Origin: a bacterium
Lineage (GTDB): Bacteria > Patescibacteriota > Patescibacteriia > SG8-24
DNA length: 56,591 bases
Assembly: GCA_023246225.1 (NCBI GenBank)
Contig: JAHFIV010000003.1
Location: 1-56,591, forward strand
Reading direction: 5' to 3'
Part shown: positions 17,870 through 28,059 of the stretch, one piece after another
Layout: each line of letters opens with the position of its first letter
Position numbering within the stretch: position 1 is the first letter of the stretch
Translations under genes and position numbers: made by a program
The notes under the pieces: model-generated
What the model was told of the DNA's origin: nothing
The model's database searches: none
The model's input: the letters and a program-made list of their open reading frames with translations, nothing else

Positions 17870-18853
17870 TTAATCAGCAAAACTTTCCGTAATCATGAGC
17901 CCGTACGGTGGCGCGCTCTGAATGCCGATACCGATCTTTGTGAATTCTTTTGAGAGAATATTTGCACGGTGACCCGGACTTTGCATGAGTGCGCTATGTC
18001 CTTCTGATACACCAGGAGCGAGCGCAATATTTTCACCGAACAATTGAAAGGGATACCTCGCCACGTCGGCTCGATCAACCGGCGATCTTCCTTCTGGCGT
18101 GATGTGAGAAAAATATCCTCGCGTCAACATGTCTGCAGAATGTTTGCGGCTGATGTCAGAAAGTTTTTCGTCCCAAATAAGCGCCGCAAGTCCATTCGCT
18201 ATTCTCTCCGCATTCGTAAATGCAAACAGGCGCTGCTCATCCTTGTTTGAAATAGTGAAGGCCGTAGTTTTAAATGGCAGGGCGATCGATTCAACGTTCT
18301 CCTCTGCCACCTTCCCCTCTTTGATGTCTGTCGGAAGCATTTCTTTAAAGAACGTTCCAAAATGCGCAGTGAGCGTTCGATCGAGCACTTCAGTCGCGGA
18401 ACGGAGCGCAAGTCCGGAATGCGATGCGACGACATCAGTTTTGAGTGCGGGTGGAATCGGTGAGGAAAGAACAAAAGTAAAAAGAACAAACAAAACAAAC
18501 AAGCCGTACGCTGCCCCAGGAATCACTCCGAAAAAATGATTGACGTTTGACGCACGGAACCGTTCTGGAACACGGTAATGCAACCACGGCTCCACAAAAG
18601 CAAACAAATATTTAACAACAACGCAGAGGATAACGAACACGAATGATTTCGCAAGCGGAGAGCCGAGGTGCGTATGTTGCACCAAAAAACGCGAAAGTAT
18701 CGGCGACAATGCGAGCGCAAGAATCAACGAAGCGATAAGACTGATCGTTTCGATGAGGAGCATGAACAAACCACGTCGCCACCCATCGTAAACGTACCAG
18801 AGAAGTATGGCGAACGAAGCGACGTCAATAAATGTTGATCCGAAGATTCCCAT
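17870..18853 (-). CDS. CvpA (colicin V production) family protein fused to a CAP/SCP domain
   Basis: GWRRG TM region; NAER, HSADMLTRGYFSH, GENIA, LMQSPGHRANIL, IGIG. Confidence 0.85.
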   Translation of the reverse strand: MGIFGSTFIDVASFAILLWYVYDGWRRGLFMLLIETISLIASLILALALSPILSRFLVQHTHLGSPLAKSFVFVILCVVVKYLFAFVEPWLHYRVPERFRASNVNHFFGVIPGAAYGLFVLFVLFTFVLSSPIPPALKTDVVASHSGLALRSATEVLDRTLTAHFGTFFKEMLPTDIKEGKVAEENVESIALPFKTTAFTISNKDEQRLFAFTNAERIANGLAALIWDEKLSDISRKHSADMLTRGYFSHITPEGRSPVDRADVARYPFQLFGENIALAPGVSEGHSALMQSPGHRANILSKEFTKIGIGIQSAPPYGLMITESFAD

Positions 18854-18856
18854 ATT

Positions 18857-20125
18857 TTAGTGATGGTGCGGACTAACCTCCGCGGAATGCACCGTACGCG
18901 TGGCAAAATGCCGAGCTGCGATCAACGTTGAAATCGGTACCGCGAGAATTAAACAAATACTGCCGACGAGCGTACGCGTAACCTCCTCGGCGATCACTTG
19001 GCCGTTCGCAATAAACCAAAGCGGCTGACTGTTGTGCGCAGAAAATAACATAAACAGTGGAAGCGAGGCGCCCGCATACGCGAGAAACAACGTATTCGTA
19101 AGCGATGCGATATGTTCTCTTCCGACGGAAATGCCGCGGCGATATAGTTCGCGAAACCCGAGATTAGGGTTTGCTGCTTTCAATTCTTCAATCACTGCAA
19201 CTTGCGCAGTGGTGACATCATCGAGAATACCGAGCACGCCGATCAAAATGCCCCCAAGGAGCAATCCCTTGAGATCGATCTCTGCGAATCCCCCTCCTTG
19301 AAGAAAATACGCAGATTCACTACCGAGTCCGGTCAATTGCGCGCCGTTCACAAAAAGAAGTTCAACAACAACAGAAATCACGAGTGTCAGAAGCGTACTC
19401 GCCACCGCGATCGTCGTGCGTCTGTTGAATCCATGCGCGAGATATAAAGAAAAAAGCGCGGCGGCAAACGTTGCAATGAGCATCGTGACAAACGCGGGTC
19501 CGCCGGACATCACACGCGGTACCGCCCACGCGACGATAATAAGTACCGTCATTGCGAGTCCAAAAATCGAAGTGAATCCGCGCCATCCACCAAAAAAAAT
19601 CGTCGCAGCAAGAAACGCGGCGATCATCCACCATATCGCGGGTACACGATAACGATCGGCGATGTGATACGTGGCTTTGCCTTCGACATCTGTCGTTTTT
19701 ACGATCGCAATTTGATCACCAGGCGCAAGCTTTGCATCTTTAAGTACCGTATCGAGATCGTTATCTTCGATCTGCACTTCTTTTCCTTTCTCGGAGCCAC
19801 CAGTAATACGTGCGGTGTACGTACGAAAATGCACGTTCGTTCCCGCGTCACCCACATCTTTCGTGACGTCCTTTTCTAGTGAAATAATTCGACCGTGTAA
19901 AAAAACATCCGGCGGTAAATCTTTCACCACCGCAACTCCTGCTGCATCGAGTTTTGCTTTGCTTGTCTGCGTATCAAACTGCTCGCTCGCAGACTTTAAC
20001 TCGGTGAGATTTTTATTGAGATTGCTGTCGACTTCCGTAGTAGCGAGTACGGGTATGGCAAAAAAACCTAAGCACACGATTGAGAAGAGGACGCCAAAGA
20101 ATCTCTGTTTCTGCCTTATGGCCAT
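18857..20125 (-). CDS. YibE/F family membrane protein
   Basis: IGVLGILDDVT, VGREHIASLTNTLFLAYAGASLP, EEVTRTLVGSI. Confidence 0.9.
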   Translation of the reverse strand: MAIRQKQRFFGVLFSIVCLGFFAIPVLATTEVDSNLNKNLTELKSASEQFDTQTSKAKLDAAGVAVVKDLPPDVFLHGRIISLEKDVTKDVGDAGTNVHFRTYTARITGGSEKGKEVQIEDNDLDTVLKDAKLAPGDQIAIVKTTDVEGKATYHIADRYRVPAIWWMIAAFLAATIFFGGWRGFTSIFGLAMTVLIIVAWAVPRVMSGGPAFVTMLIATFAAALFSLYLAHGFNRRTTIAVASTLLTLVISVVVELLFVNGAQLTGLGSESAYFLQGGGFAEIDLKGLLLGGILIGVLGILDDVTTAQVAVIEELKAANPNLGFRELYRRGISVGREHIASLTNTLFLAYAGASLPLFMLFSAHNSQPLWFIANGQVIAEEVTRTLVGSICLILAVPISTLIAARHFATRTVHSAEVSPHHH

Positions 20126-20179
20126 ATAAAGGCATGATACCGCATTCAGAGAAGGAAACGAAAAACTCCGATCTTACCT

Positions 20180-20305
20180 TGTCATTCCGGCCTCCGAGCC
20201 GGAATCTAGAAAATACAAAGACCAAACGAATCATGTTTGGTCTTTTTTTACGTTCTGGATTCCGGGTCACGGCCCGGAATGACAAAGAGGGGGTCCGGGA
20301 TGACA
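20180..20305. repeat. REP/REPIN-like palindromic element, copy 2
   Basis: GTCATTCCGGCCTCCGAGCCGGAATC ... GGATTCCGGGTCACGGCCCGGAATGAC. Confidence 0.88.
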
Positions 20306-20311
20306 AACGCA

Positions 20312-21349
20312 TTACTGCAAAACGATGTGTTCCCAAGGAAACTCGTCTCTTCCAAAATGTCCGTACGCAGCGGTTTGTCGATAGATCGGACGACGAAGCG
20401 ACAACCGTTCCGAGATCGCACGCGGTCGAAAATCAAAATGCTGTTTCAAATATGGCGTGAGATCTTTTCCATCGCCCGCTGTCGCACGAAGCATCACCGG
20501 TTCCTCGCGACCGATCGCATACGCAACTGACACCAAACAATTTTTTGCAAAACCGTTCGCCACAATATTTTTTGCAGCGAACCGTGCCATGTACGACGCA
20601 GAGCGATCAACTTTCGTAGGATCTTTTCCAGAAAATGCGCCGCCGCCGTGCGGAATCAATCCACCATACGTGTCGACCATCAGCTTGCGCCCCGTGAGTC
20701 CGGTGTCTGCAGAAAACCCACCGCGCACAAACGCGCCGGTCGGATTCACGAGCACCTGTACGTCTTCAAGATCGTACACGGTCGCGGAGATCAAATGCTT
20801 CACGAGCAGTTTACGCATCTCCGTGATCGCCATGTCTTCACGATGCTGACAAGAAATCAAAAGCGTGGTGACACGACCGCGGTCCATCGTCACCTGCGTT
20901 TTACCGTCAGGACGAAGCCAAGAAAATTCCGGATGATTGCGTCGAAGATTCGTGAGACCGAACGCAAGACGATTTGCGTACACAACTGGCTGCGGCAAAA
21001 ATTCCGGCGTCTCGATGGTGGCGTACCCGTACATGATCCCCTGATCCCCCGCTCCACCATGATCCACACCGATTGCGATGTCTGGCGACTGCTCTTCGAT
21101 GTTCGTAAACACCTCGAGATCGTCGTGATATCCGATTTCCTTATACACCCGCTGCGCGATCAGTGCGGGATCGATCTCTGCGGTCGAGGTCACCTCGCCG
21201 CCGATCATCAATGCACCGTGCGATCCGAAAACCTCAACCGCCACGCGACTTGCAGGGTCATGTGTGAGATACGCGTCCAAAATTGCATCAGCGATTTGAT
21301 CGCAGACTTTATCCGGATGCCCTTCGGTGACAGATTCAACGGTTTTCAT
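20312..21349 (-). CDS. metK: S-adenosylmethionine synthetase
   Basis: ESVTEGHPDK, GAGDQG, GGGAFSGKD, AAYGHFG. Confidence 0.97.
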   Translation of the reverse strand: MKTVESVTEGHPDKVCDQIADAILDAYLTHDPASRVAVEVFGSHGALMIGGEVTSTAEIDPALIAQRVYKEIGYHDDLEVFTNIEEQSPDIAIGVDHGGAGDQGIMYGYATIETPEFLPQPVVYANRLAFGLTNLRRNHPEFSWLRPDGKTQVTMDRGRVTTLLISCQHREDMAITEMRKLLVKHLISATVYDLEDVQVLVNPTGAFVRGGFSADTGLTGRKLMVDTYGGLIPHGGGAFSGKDPTKVDRSASYMARFAAKNIVANGFAKNCLVSVAYAIGREEPVMLRATAGDGKDLTPYLKQHFDFRPRAISERLSLRRPIYRQTAAYGHFGRDEFPWEHIVLQ

Positions 21350-21420
21350 AGAGGAATGCTCTCACGAGGATGATAGGCAAACTTAACTTATCCCCTCTAT
21401 TTCCGCAAGAAAATTGCCGG

Positions 21421-21448
21421 TTGACATTAGAAAGATCGCTGTTAGGAT
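21421..21448 (+). promoter_or_regulatory. Sigma70-like promoter
   Basis: TTGACA-N16-TAGGAT with TGn extension; SD AGAGGAG before ATG 21519. Confidence 0.55.
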
Positions 21449-21518
21449 AGAGGTATCTCAAGATAGCACAGGGCCGTCACGAGGTAAGGCTCATTGCCAA
21501 CCCAGAGGAGTAATAGTC

Positions 21519-23636
21519 ATGGTACCCACAAAGCACGAGAGAGACGACGTCTGCCGCATCGGCATGATGTCTCGCATCGACTACGGCAGCGACGGGTTCC
21601 GACTGGGCTACGTCGAACTCGCGAAGACCGACTTCCAGAAGGAAGACGTGCACTTCGTCATCCTCGCCGGCGGCCTCGTCTCCGCAAGAGACGTCCGCAA
21701 AAACGAAGCGCGTTTCAAGCGCGAGGAGCGGGAGCTCAAGAAGCAGATCCGCGAGCTCACGAAGCGTCTCAATGACGACGAGGACGACGATCTCCGCACG
21801 GAGCTCGACACCGCAGCCGATTCGCTCGAGCAGGTGCAGAAGAAGATCGCGGCGTATCGCCCCGAGGCGATCGCGGCGCGGCTTGCAAAGCTGCTGCCCG
21901 TGTTCGCGAACGCGAAGGGTGATGCGCTGAAGCTCCACATCGTCGTGAGTCCCGTCTACGACGGCGCTCTCGGCGAGGAGGCGGCACAGCTGCTCACGAC
22001 TCTGCGTACGGACATCCGGGCGTACAAGCCGGGAAGCGACGAATTCCACCTCCGACAAGCGAAGAAGCGCCTCGAGGTGCTCACCCCCACGGTTTCTCCG
22101 TGGCGCGGTGATCACGCCTCGACCGGCGTGCAGCGCGTGCTCAAGGACGCAAGCAACATCCGCACCGCGCGGTCACCCGATCTGCAGGTGACGGGATGCT
22201 TCGGCGTCACGCTCACCAAGCCAGAAGGTGCGAATCCGCGTCCGTGGCTGTCGCTCCCCGTGCTGCACAAGCTGCAGGGAGTGCGCGTCTCCGAGAGCCA
22301 GATCGGCGTCCGCGTGATCGAGATCTACGCAGATCAGATCAACCCCGTCGTCCGCACGTACTCCTACAAGGATTACGTGGCGAAGGAGCAGACGTACATC
22401 GAGCTGCCGCGCGATGCTTCGCCGACCAAAAAGCGAATCATCAAAGCGATCAGCAACGGCGGCGAAATGTCGCTCAGCATGCTCGTCCAGAACACCGGTC
22501 TCACACGAGACGTCGCGGAGCGTACCGCGATGTCGCTCGTCAGCAAGACCGGCAGACTCCGGAAGGGCTGGCCTGGCCTGGTGTTCTACCCGGACAGCCA
22601 TCGCTGGGACTTCGACCCGCGCTGGAAGCAGACCAAGCTCCGCTTCCCGCCCCTGAACGGCAACGTGGTCGTGGAGAGCCTCGTCGCTGACGGATGCCTC
22701 CACGCAGGATCGGTGCAAACCGACTACAAACACTTCATCGAGGAGATGCCACGCGTGGTTCTCGCGACCGGTGCAAACTGGATCGTGCACGCAGGCGACC
22801 TGATCGAAGGTCTCAAGCACGACCTCGTGCTCCGTGGCGAAGTGTTCGGCGGTCTGAACTGCACCACGCAGGAACGACTCGCAGGAGAGATGATCGCGAA
22901 GGTCACCTGTACGGTGTTCGAAAAGCGATTCCCCCCCACGCTCGCTGCGCGGCTCACCGAGACGAAGGGTGCTCTACTCTCCGACGCTGCGCTCGCGAAG
23001 TGTGTCGAGGAGTCGCTCCCGACGAACGTGCTGATCCCCGGTAACCACGACGAGTGGGTACTCGGGTACGGCAGCGAGCCGCTCGTGACGCTAGCCAGCA
23101 CCGCAGCCGACCGGATCACCTCGAGCATCGAGGACATGCTGATCGAAGCGGGTCTGTGCCTCATGAAGGTTCGCGAGATCGTGAAGCGCAAAATCCTCGT
23201 ACTCCCGAACTTCGGCAGGTTCAGCATGCCGTCGGGTATCCGAGTGAGCGTGCAGCACCCGCACATGGGGAACACCACCACCGAGAGCATTCGCCTTCAG
23301 GGGATGCTGCGCGTGGCGGCGAGCCACAAGAGCACGCCCGGTTGCCAGGTGGTGATCGGTGCGAACTTCCACACCGGCCTCCACATGGAGGTGTACGATC
23401 CGGCGCTTGGACCGCGTGTCGGGCTCCAGCTCGGCACCGGCAAGCACGGCACGGACTTCGAAATCCGGAAGCTGAAGATCGTCGATCACGGTTTCGCCCA
23501 CCTCACCATCCGCTCGGTGGATGGTCGCGTGGTCGGATCAGAAGTCGCGTTCTACGGCAACGATCCGGCAAAGGCCGACCTGCTCGATCCGAAGGACATC
23601 TACAACGGTGTCCTGAAGAAGTACAACCTCGGGTAA
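21519..23636 (+). CDS. Calcineurin-like metallophosphoesterase with a degenerate N-terminal copy, coiled coil and possible HTH
   Basis: C-terminal CLHAGS, HAGDLIEG, PGNHD, QHPH, NFH; N-terminal IGMMSRIDYGS and ILAGGLV echo the first two motifs. Confidence 0.7.
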   Translation: MVPTKHERDDVCRIGMMSRIDYGSDGFRLGYVELAKTDFQKEDVHFVILAGGLVSARDVRKNEARFKREERELKKQIRELTKRLNDDEDDDLRTELDTAADSLEQVQKKIAAYRPEAIAARLAKLLPVFANAKGDALKLHIVVSPVYDGALGEEAAQLLTTLRTDIRAYKPGSDEFHLRQAKKRLEVLTPTVSPWRGDHASTGVQRVLKDASNIRTARSPDLQVTGCFGVTLTKPEGANPRPWLSLPVLHKLQGVRVSESQIGVRVIEIYADQINPVVRTYSYKDYVAKEQTYIELPRDASPTKKRIIKAISNGGEMSLSMLVQNTGLTRDVAERTAMSLVSKTGRLRKGWPGLVFYPDSHRWDFDPRWKQTKLRFPPLNGNVVVESLVADGCLHAGSVQTDYKHFIEEMPRVVLATGANWIVHAGDLIEGLKHDLVLRGEVFGGLNCTTQERLAGEMIAKVTCTVFEKRFPPTLAARLTETKGALLSDAALAKCVEESLPTNVLIPGNHDEWVLGYGSEPLVTLASTAADRITSSIEDMLIEAGLCLMKVREIVKRKILVLPNFGRFSMPSGIRVSVQHPHMGNTTTESIRLQGMLRVAASHKSTPGCQVVIGANFHTGLHMEVYDPALGPRVGLQLGTGKHGTDFEIRKLKIVDHGFAHLTIRSVDGRVVGSEVAFYGNDPAKADLLDPKDIYNGVLKKYNLG

Positions 23637-23648
23637 TCACCCGCTCTG

Positions 23649-23678
23649 CCCCGCACCTATTCTTGGTGCGGGGTTTTT
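23649..23678 (+). terminator. Intrinsic terminator
   Basis: CCCCGCACC-N7-GGTGCGGGG followed by TTTTT. Confidence 0.8.
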
Positions 23679-23692
23679 CATTGACCACCTTT

Positions 23693-23851
23693 ATCATCCC
23701 GGGCCGTGAGCCGGGACCCAGGCATTTTTTGTCATTCCGGCCTCTCTTTTGTCATTCCGGCCTCCGAGCCGGAATCCAGAATCGTAAAGCCAAACGATTT
23801 CCGTTTAGCCTTTTTTATTTTTCTAGATTCCGGATCAAGTCCGGAATGACA
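23693..23851. repeat. REP/REPIN-like palindromic element, copy 3
   Basis: GTCATTCCGGCCTCCGAGCCGGAATCC ... GATTCCGGATCAAGTCCGGAATGAC. Confidence 0.85.
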
Positions 23852-23945
23852 GAAAAAAGAAAGCAGAGGCGAAGCTGCATTGACCGAAAAAGATTTTCCT
23901 GCTGGAATGCAGAGGTTCCCAAAGGTCTTTTTAAAGGAGTACACG

Positions 23946-24971
23946 ATGCGATATTTTAGTCTTGCTGCGCTCGCCGCAGTTTCTCTCGCGGCGGCGTGGC
24001 CGAGTTGTGCCGGAGCAACGAAGAGCTCATCGGTCGCGCAGTCGCAAAACACGCCAGCGCCGACTGCGACTCGTGTGCACGACACGATACCGATGATCGT
24101 TTTCGACTCTCCGTACGAACAACGAGCACAGGTGTACCGCGGGCAGCTCCACGCGCACACGACGAACTCCGACGGTACGCAGTCGCCCGCAGCGGTGATG
24201 ACCGCGTATCGCGCAGCTGGTTACGACTTCGTAGCGATCACCGATCACAACGTGCACACCTCGGATCCGAAAGTCTCCGGCGTGCTGTTCATTCCCGGCG
24301 TCGAAAACGATCACGGATGTCAGCATGAAAACCGAATCGATGTGGGTTCGATCGCGCCAGGCGCACGAGTGTCGCAAGACGTGATCGATCGCGCAAGAAG
24401 CGAAGGATCGTTTGTGCAGATCAATCATCCGGACTGGCCAGGCTCGTATCCAAAAAATCCGTGCTGGTCAGACAAAGCACTTCTCGCACTGCACGATTAC
24501 GACGCGGTCGAAGTATGGAACGCAAGCGATGACGATACGAACAACAACGCGGAAATTCGCATCGACACACTGCTCTCCGAAGGGCGTCGCACGTTTCTCA
24601 CCGCAGTCGATGACTGTCACGACGTGCGCGCTGCATACTGCATGACGTCGTCGGTGTACGTGTTTGCAAACGCGCTCTCGAAGAGCGAGGTGATGACCGG
24701 TTTGCGGCAAGGAAACTTCTACGCAAGCTCGGGCGCACTGATCTCGGAGATCCTCGTAGATCGTGGTGTGATCACCGTCACTGTGCCAACGCCATCGCAG
24801 ATCGAGTTCATCGCAAACTGTGGAAGGGTGGTAAAAAATGCACCGAACGTTCTCGGTGCAAACTACGCAGCGAACGGGAGTGAAAAAACCATTCGCATGC
24901 GAGTGACCGCACCAAATCGGCGGAGAGCGTGGACGAATCCGCTATACGTCGTCACAAAACAAACGCAGTAA
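23946..24971 (+). CDS. Secreted PHP-domain metallohydrolase (CehA/McbA-like)
   Basis: Signal peptide; GQLHAHTTNSDG, GYDFVAITDHN, PGVE, INHP, VEVWN, VDDCH; SD AAGGAG. Confidence 0.85.
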   Translation: MRYFSLAALAAVSLAAAWPSCAGATKSSSVAQSQNTPAPTATRVHDTIPMIVFDSPYEQRAQVYRGQLHAHTTNSDGTQSPAAVMTAYRAAGYDFVAITDHNVHTSDPKVSGVLFIPGVENDHGCQHENRIDVGSIAPGARVSQDVIDRARSEGSFVQINHPDWPGSYPKNPCWSDKALLALHDYDAVEVWNASDDDTNNNAEIRIDTLLSEGRRTFLTAVDDCHDVRAAYCMTSSVYVFANALSKSEVMTGLRQGNFYASSGALISEILVDRGVITVTVPTPSQIEFIANCGRVVKNAPNVLGANYAANGSEKTIRMRVTAPNRRRAWTNPLYVVTKQTQ

Positions 24972-25033
24972 TATTGGTCCGATTCTTCTTGAGTCGGACT
25001 TTTTAATGAAGAAAAGTAGTATACTAATAAAGT

Positions 25034-25603
25034 ATGCCCGCAAAATTCCTAAGCAGCTCTATCCGTGCAGCAGACATCCCCAAAAGCAACAAACCACAGA
25101 TCGCGATGGTGGGGCGTTCTAATGTGGGAAAATCCTCGCTCATCAACCATCTCGGAGGCACAAAAAATCTTGCACGTACCAGTGCAAAGGCGGGTCTCAC
25201 GCAAACGATTAACGTCTACGACTTCGATCGTTTCCATCTCGTGGACTTGCCGGGGTACGGATTCTCGCGCGCGCAAAGATCGCAAGGTCGCGGATTCGAA
25301 GAAATGATCTCTGCATACCTCTCAGATTCTGCACTCCTCGTACTCGTGCTGCTAATCATCGACAGTCGCCTCGGATTCACAGAGAGCGACCGCCACGCAC
25401 TCGATCAATTAAAAAACGGTGGCGTTCCGTTTGTCGTGATATTCAATAAGGTCGACAAACTTTCCAAGTCGGCGATGACGGTCGCGTTACGTAATCTCCA
25501 AGCAGAGTTTGGTGATGTGCGTTTTATCCCTCACTCGATCGATGGTGCACTCGGCGAAATTCGCGACGCCATTGAAAAAGCGACGCGACAACCGCGAGTA
25601 TGA
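25034..25603 (+). CDS. engB: Ribosome biogenesis GTPase YihA/YsxC
   Basis: GRSNVGKSSLIN, DLPGYG, NKVDK. Confidence 0.93.
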   Translation: MPAKFLSSSIRAADIPKSNKPQIAMVGRSNVGKSSLINHLGGTKNLARTSAKAGLTQTINVYDFDRFHLVDLPGYGFSRAQRSQGRGFEEMISAYLSDSALLVLVLLIIDSRLGFTESDRHALDQLKNGGVPFVVIFNKVDKLSKSAMTVALRNLQAEFGDVRFIPHSIDGALGEIRDAIEKATRQPRV

Positions 25604-27783
25604 AAAAAATATTGAAACTGTTCATAGCAATTTTGCTTCTGCTCCCGAGCGCGGCTGCGGCGCAAGATGTGTTGCCCGGTTTCAATCCAAACATTCTCAT
25701 TCCCGACACCGCGTTCAATGATACAAAAACATTCGGTGGACCGGAAGGCATTCAGCGATTTCTTGAAATAAAAGGAAGCGTGCTGGCGAACACCTCACCC
25801 GATTTTTTAGCGAAGCTCGCTGAGCCGAATAATACCGCACTCAAAACTTCGCTCGGCGACCCTGAACCGAACCTCGGCCGGCTACGCACAGCAGCGGAAC
25901 TTATTTGGGATGCCTCGCAAGCGAGCGGATTAAATCCGCAAGTCATTCTTGTCACACTGAACAAAGAACAAGGGCTGATCGGCAATACGATCGCGCCCGA
26001 TCGTCTCGGACGCGCACTAAACCATGCAATGGGATTCGATTGTCCTGATGGGAGTAGTTGTGGAAACTTATTCCCCGGTTTTTACTACCAACTTTTCGGT
26101 AACGCCGACACAGAAGGAAACCGATATCTCGGCGCAACGAAATCGTTAATGAAATCGTTTACCACTCCTGGTGGAAGAGGACCGACGATTGCTGGTGCTC
26201 CAGCAAAAGTTGGTCAGGATGTGACGCTTGGGAATACACTTGGTGATTTCAATGGAATTTTCCTGCAACAAATCGTCACTCTCGGTAACCGCGCAACCGC
26301 AGCGCTCTACCGCTACACTCCGCACGTATTTAATGGCAACTATAATTTCTGGAAATTTTTTACCTCTTGGTTCCGCTATCCAAACGGTACGATTTTAGTC
26401 TCAACATTTGATCGCACCTATTTTATTATCGAAGATGGAGAACGACAGCGTCTCCCCTTCTTCGTCGCTGATATTCGCAAGCTCGATCTCAAGGCAGCGA
26501 TCACCGCATCACCAACAGAACTCGACAGTTACCCCGTTGGTCCTACCTACGGCCCACCAGATAACACTGTCGTACAGGCGAGTGATGCGCAATTCGTCTT
26601 TCTTGATGGGATCATGCATCCGGTAACACATTTTGTTTTGAAACAGCGCGCGCTCGATCACGCAACGATTCTACCGCTCTCTGATGCAGATAGCGGGCTA
26701 TTCGTACCAGGATTCCAACTCACCCCGAGCGATGGAACCGTACTCCGAGGGATCAGCAATCCAAAAACGTATCGTGTACATAACGGCATCCTCCAGCAGT
26801 ACAGCGCGTTTACTTTTGCGCAGCGTGGCGCGGCAAAAATTTTACAAAAAATTCCTGACGAAGAAATCGCGCTCTATCCAAAGAATGGATATGTTCCACC
26901 TCTCGACGGCACCGTCGTGCGCAGCGCGACAAGCGAAGGCGCATATCTCGTAAGTCAGGAGCGACGATTACCGCTCACTCCAGAACTATTTAAAAATCGT
27001 GGCTACACCGCAAAAAGCGTGGTGATGTTCACAAGCAACGAAGAACTCGCTTCGCTCCCACTCGGTCCATCAGCAACCCCCGCAGAAGGAACATACTTCT
27101 CTTATGGCAATGCGCGCGAGATGTTCGTATTTAAGGACGGCGCAAAACATCCGATATCACCGTTCGTTGCAAAAAATCGTGGCATCAAAGCAGACTATGT
27201 CTTCGAGTCGAGTATCGCAAACTTCTGGCCTGACGGCATCGCGCTTCCTCCACACGACGGCACGCTCCTAAAAAGTGATTCAGCATCGAGTGCATACATC
27301 GTGATCGGTGGTCAACTTCGACCGCTCACCATGGAGATGTTTCGGCACCACGCCTTCAGTTTCAAAAATGTACTAACGATGCCCGACGAAGATTTCAGCG
27401 CGCTCGCGAAGGGCGGCTTCGCGCCACCCGCAGAGAATACGTATTTCTCTACCGCAAAATCTGGTGGAAAATTTTACGTGTATCAAAATGGCATGAAGCG
27501 ATACATCGCTCCGTTTGTTGCAACCCAAAGAGGAATGACGCCGGATTTCGTGTTTACTGGAGGAATCGAGGCTGATTGGGCGGACGGCGTCGCTGTCACA
27601 CCTCGAAATGGCACGCTCCTAAAAAGCAATTCCTCTTCGACAATATATGTGGTGGTAAACAACGAACTACGACCGCTCTCGCCGACCGCCTTCAAAAATC
27701 ATGGCTACGCCATAAAAAATGTAAAAGTATTACCCGATTCGGACGTTGACGTTCTTCCTCACGGTGCACTGATCGCTAAATAA
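25600..27783 (+). CDS. Secreted protein: putative lysozyme-like N-terminal domain plus tandem C-terminal repeats
   Basis: Signal peptide; LNPQVILVTLNKEQGL, AMGFDCPD, TAALYRYTPH; repeated PxDGTLL...YxV..G..RP units. Confidence 0.65.
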   Translation: MKKILKLFIAILLLLPSAAAAQDVLPGFNPNILIPDTAFNDTKTFGGPEGIQRFLEIKGSVLANTSPDFLAKLAEPNNTALKTSLGDPEPNLGRLRTAAELIWDASQASGLNPQVILVTLNKEQGLIGNTIAPDRLGRALNHAMGFDCPDGSSCGNLFPGFYYQLFGNADTEGNRYLGATKSLMKSFTTPGGRGPTIAGAPAKVGQDVTLGNTLGDFNGIFLQQIVTLGNRATAALYRYTPHVFNGNYNFWKFFTSWFRYPNGTILVSTFDRTYFIIEDGERQRLPFFVADIRKLDLKAAITASPTELDSYPVGPTYGPPDNTVVQASDAQFVFLDGIMHPVTHFVLKQRALDHATILPLSDADSGLFVPGFQLTPSDGTVLRGISNPKTYRVHNGILQQYSAFTFAQRGAAKILQKIPDEEIALYPKNGYVPPLDGTVVRSATSEGAYLVSQERRLPLTPELFKNRGYTAKSVVMFTSNEELASLPLGPSATPAEGTYFSYGNAREMFVFKDGAKHPISPFVAKNRGIKADYVFESSIANFWPDGIALPPHDGTLLKSDSASSAYIVIGGQLRPLTMEMFRHHAFSFKNVLTMPDEDFSALAKGGFAPPAENTYFSTAKSGGKFYVYQNGMKRYIAPFVATQRGMTPDFVFTGGIEADWADGVAVTPRNGTLLKSNSSSTIYVVVNNELRPLSPTAFKNHGYAIKNVKVLPDSDVDVLPHGALIAK

Positions 27784-27822
27784 AAGAGGTGTAAAGGTGT
27801 AAAGATAAAAAGGTTCATTTAT

Positions 27823-28033
27823 TGTCATTCCGACCCCGCCTCTGTCATTCCGGGTTTCTTCTTTGTCATTCCGGCCTCCGAGCCGGAATCTAGAAAAATA
27901 AAAGAGACCAAACGATTTCCGTTTGGCCTTTTTTTACGTTCTGGATTCCGGGTCACGGCCCGGAATGACAAAACAATGACTGGGTTCCGGCTCGGAGGCC
28001 GGAATGACAACAGAAGAGGAGGTAGGAATGACA
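27823..28033. repeat. REP/REPIN-like palindromic element, copy 4
   Basis: Several GTCATTCCG / CGGAATGAC units around the same core; between convergent genes. Confidence 0.88.
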
Positions 28034-28059
28034 CTATGCGTTGGGGTGACTACCTCTCC

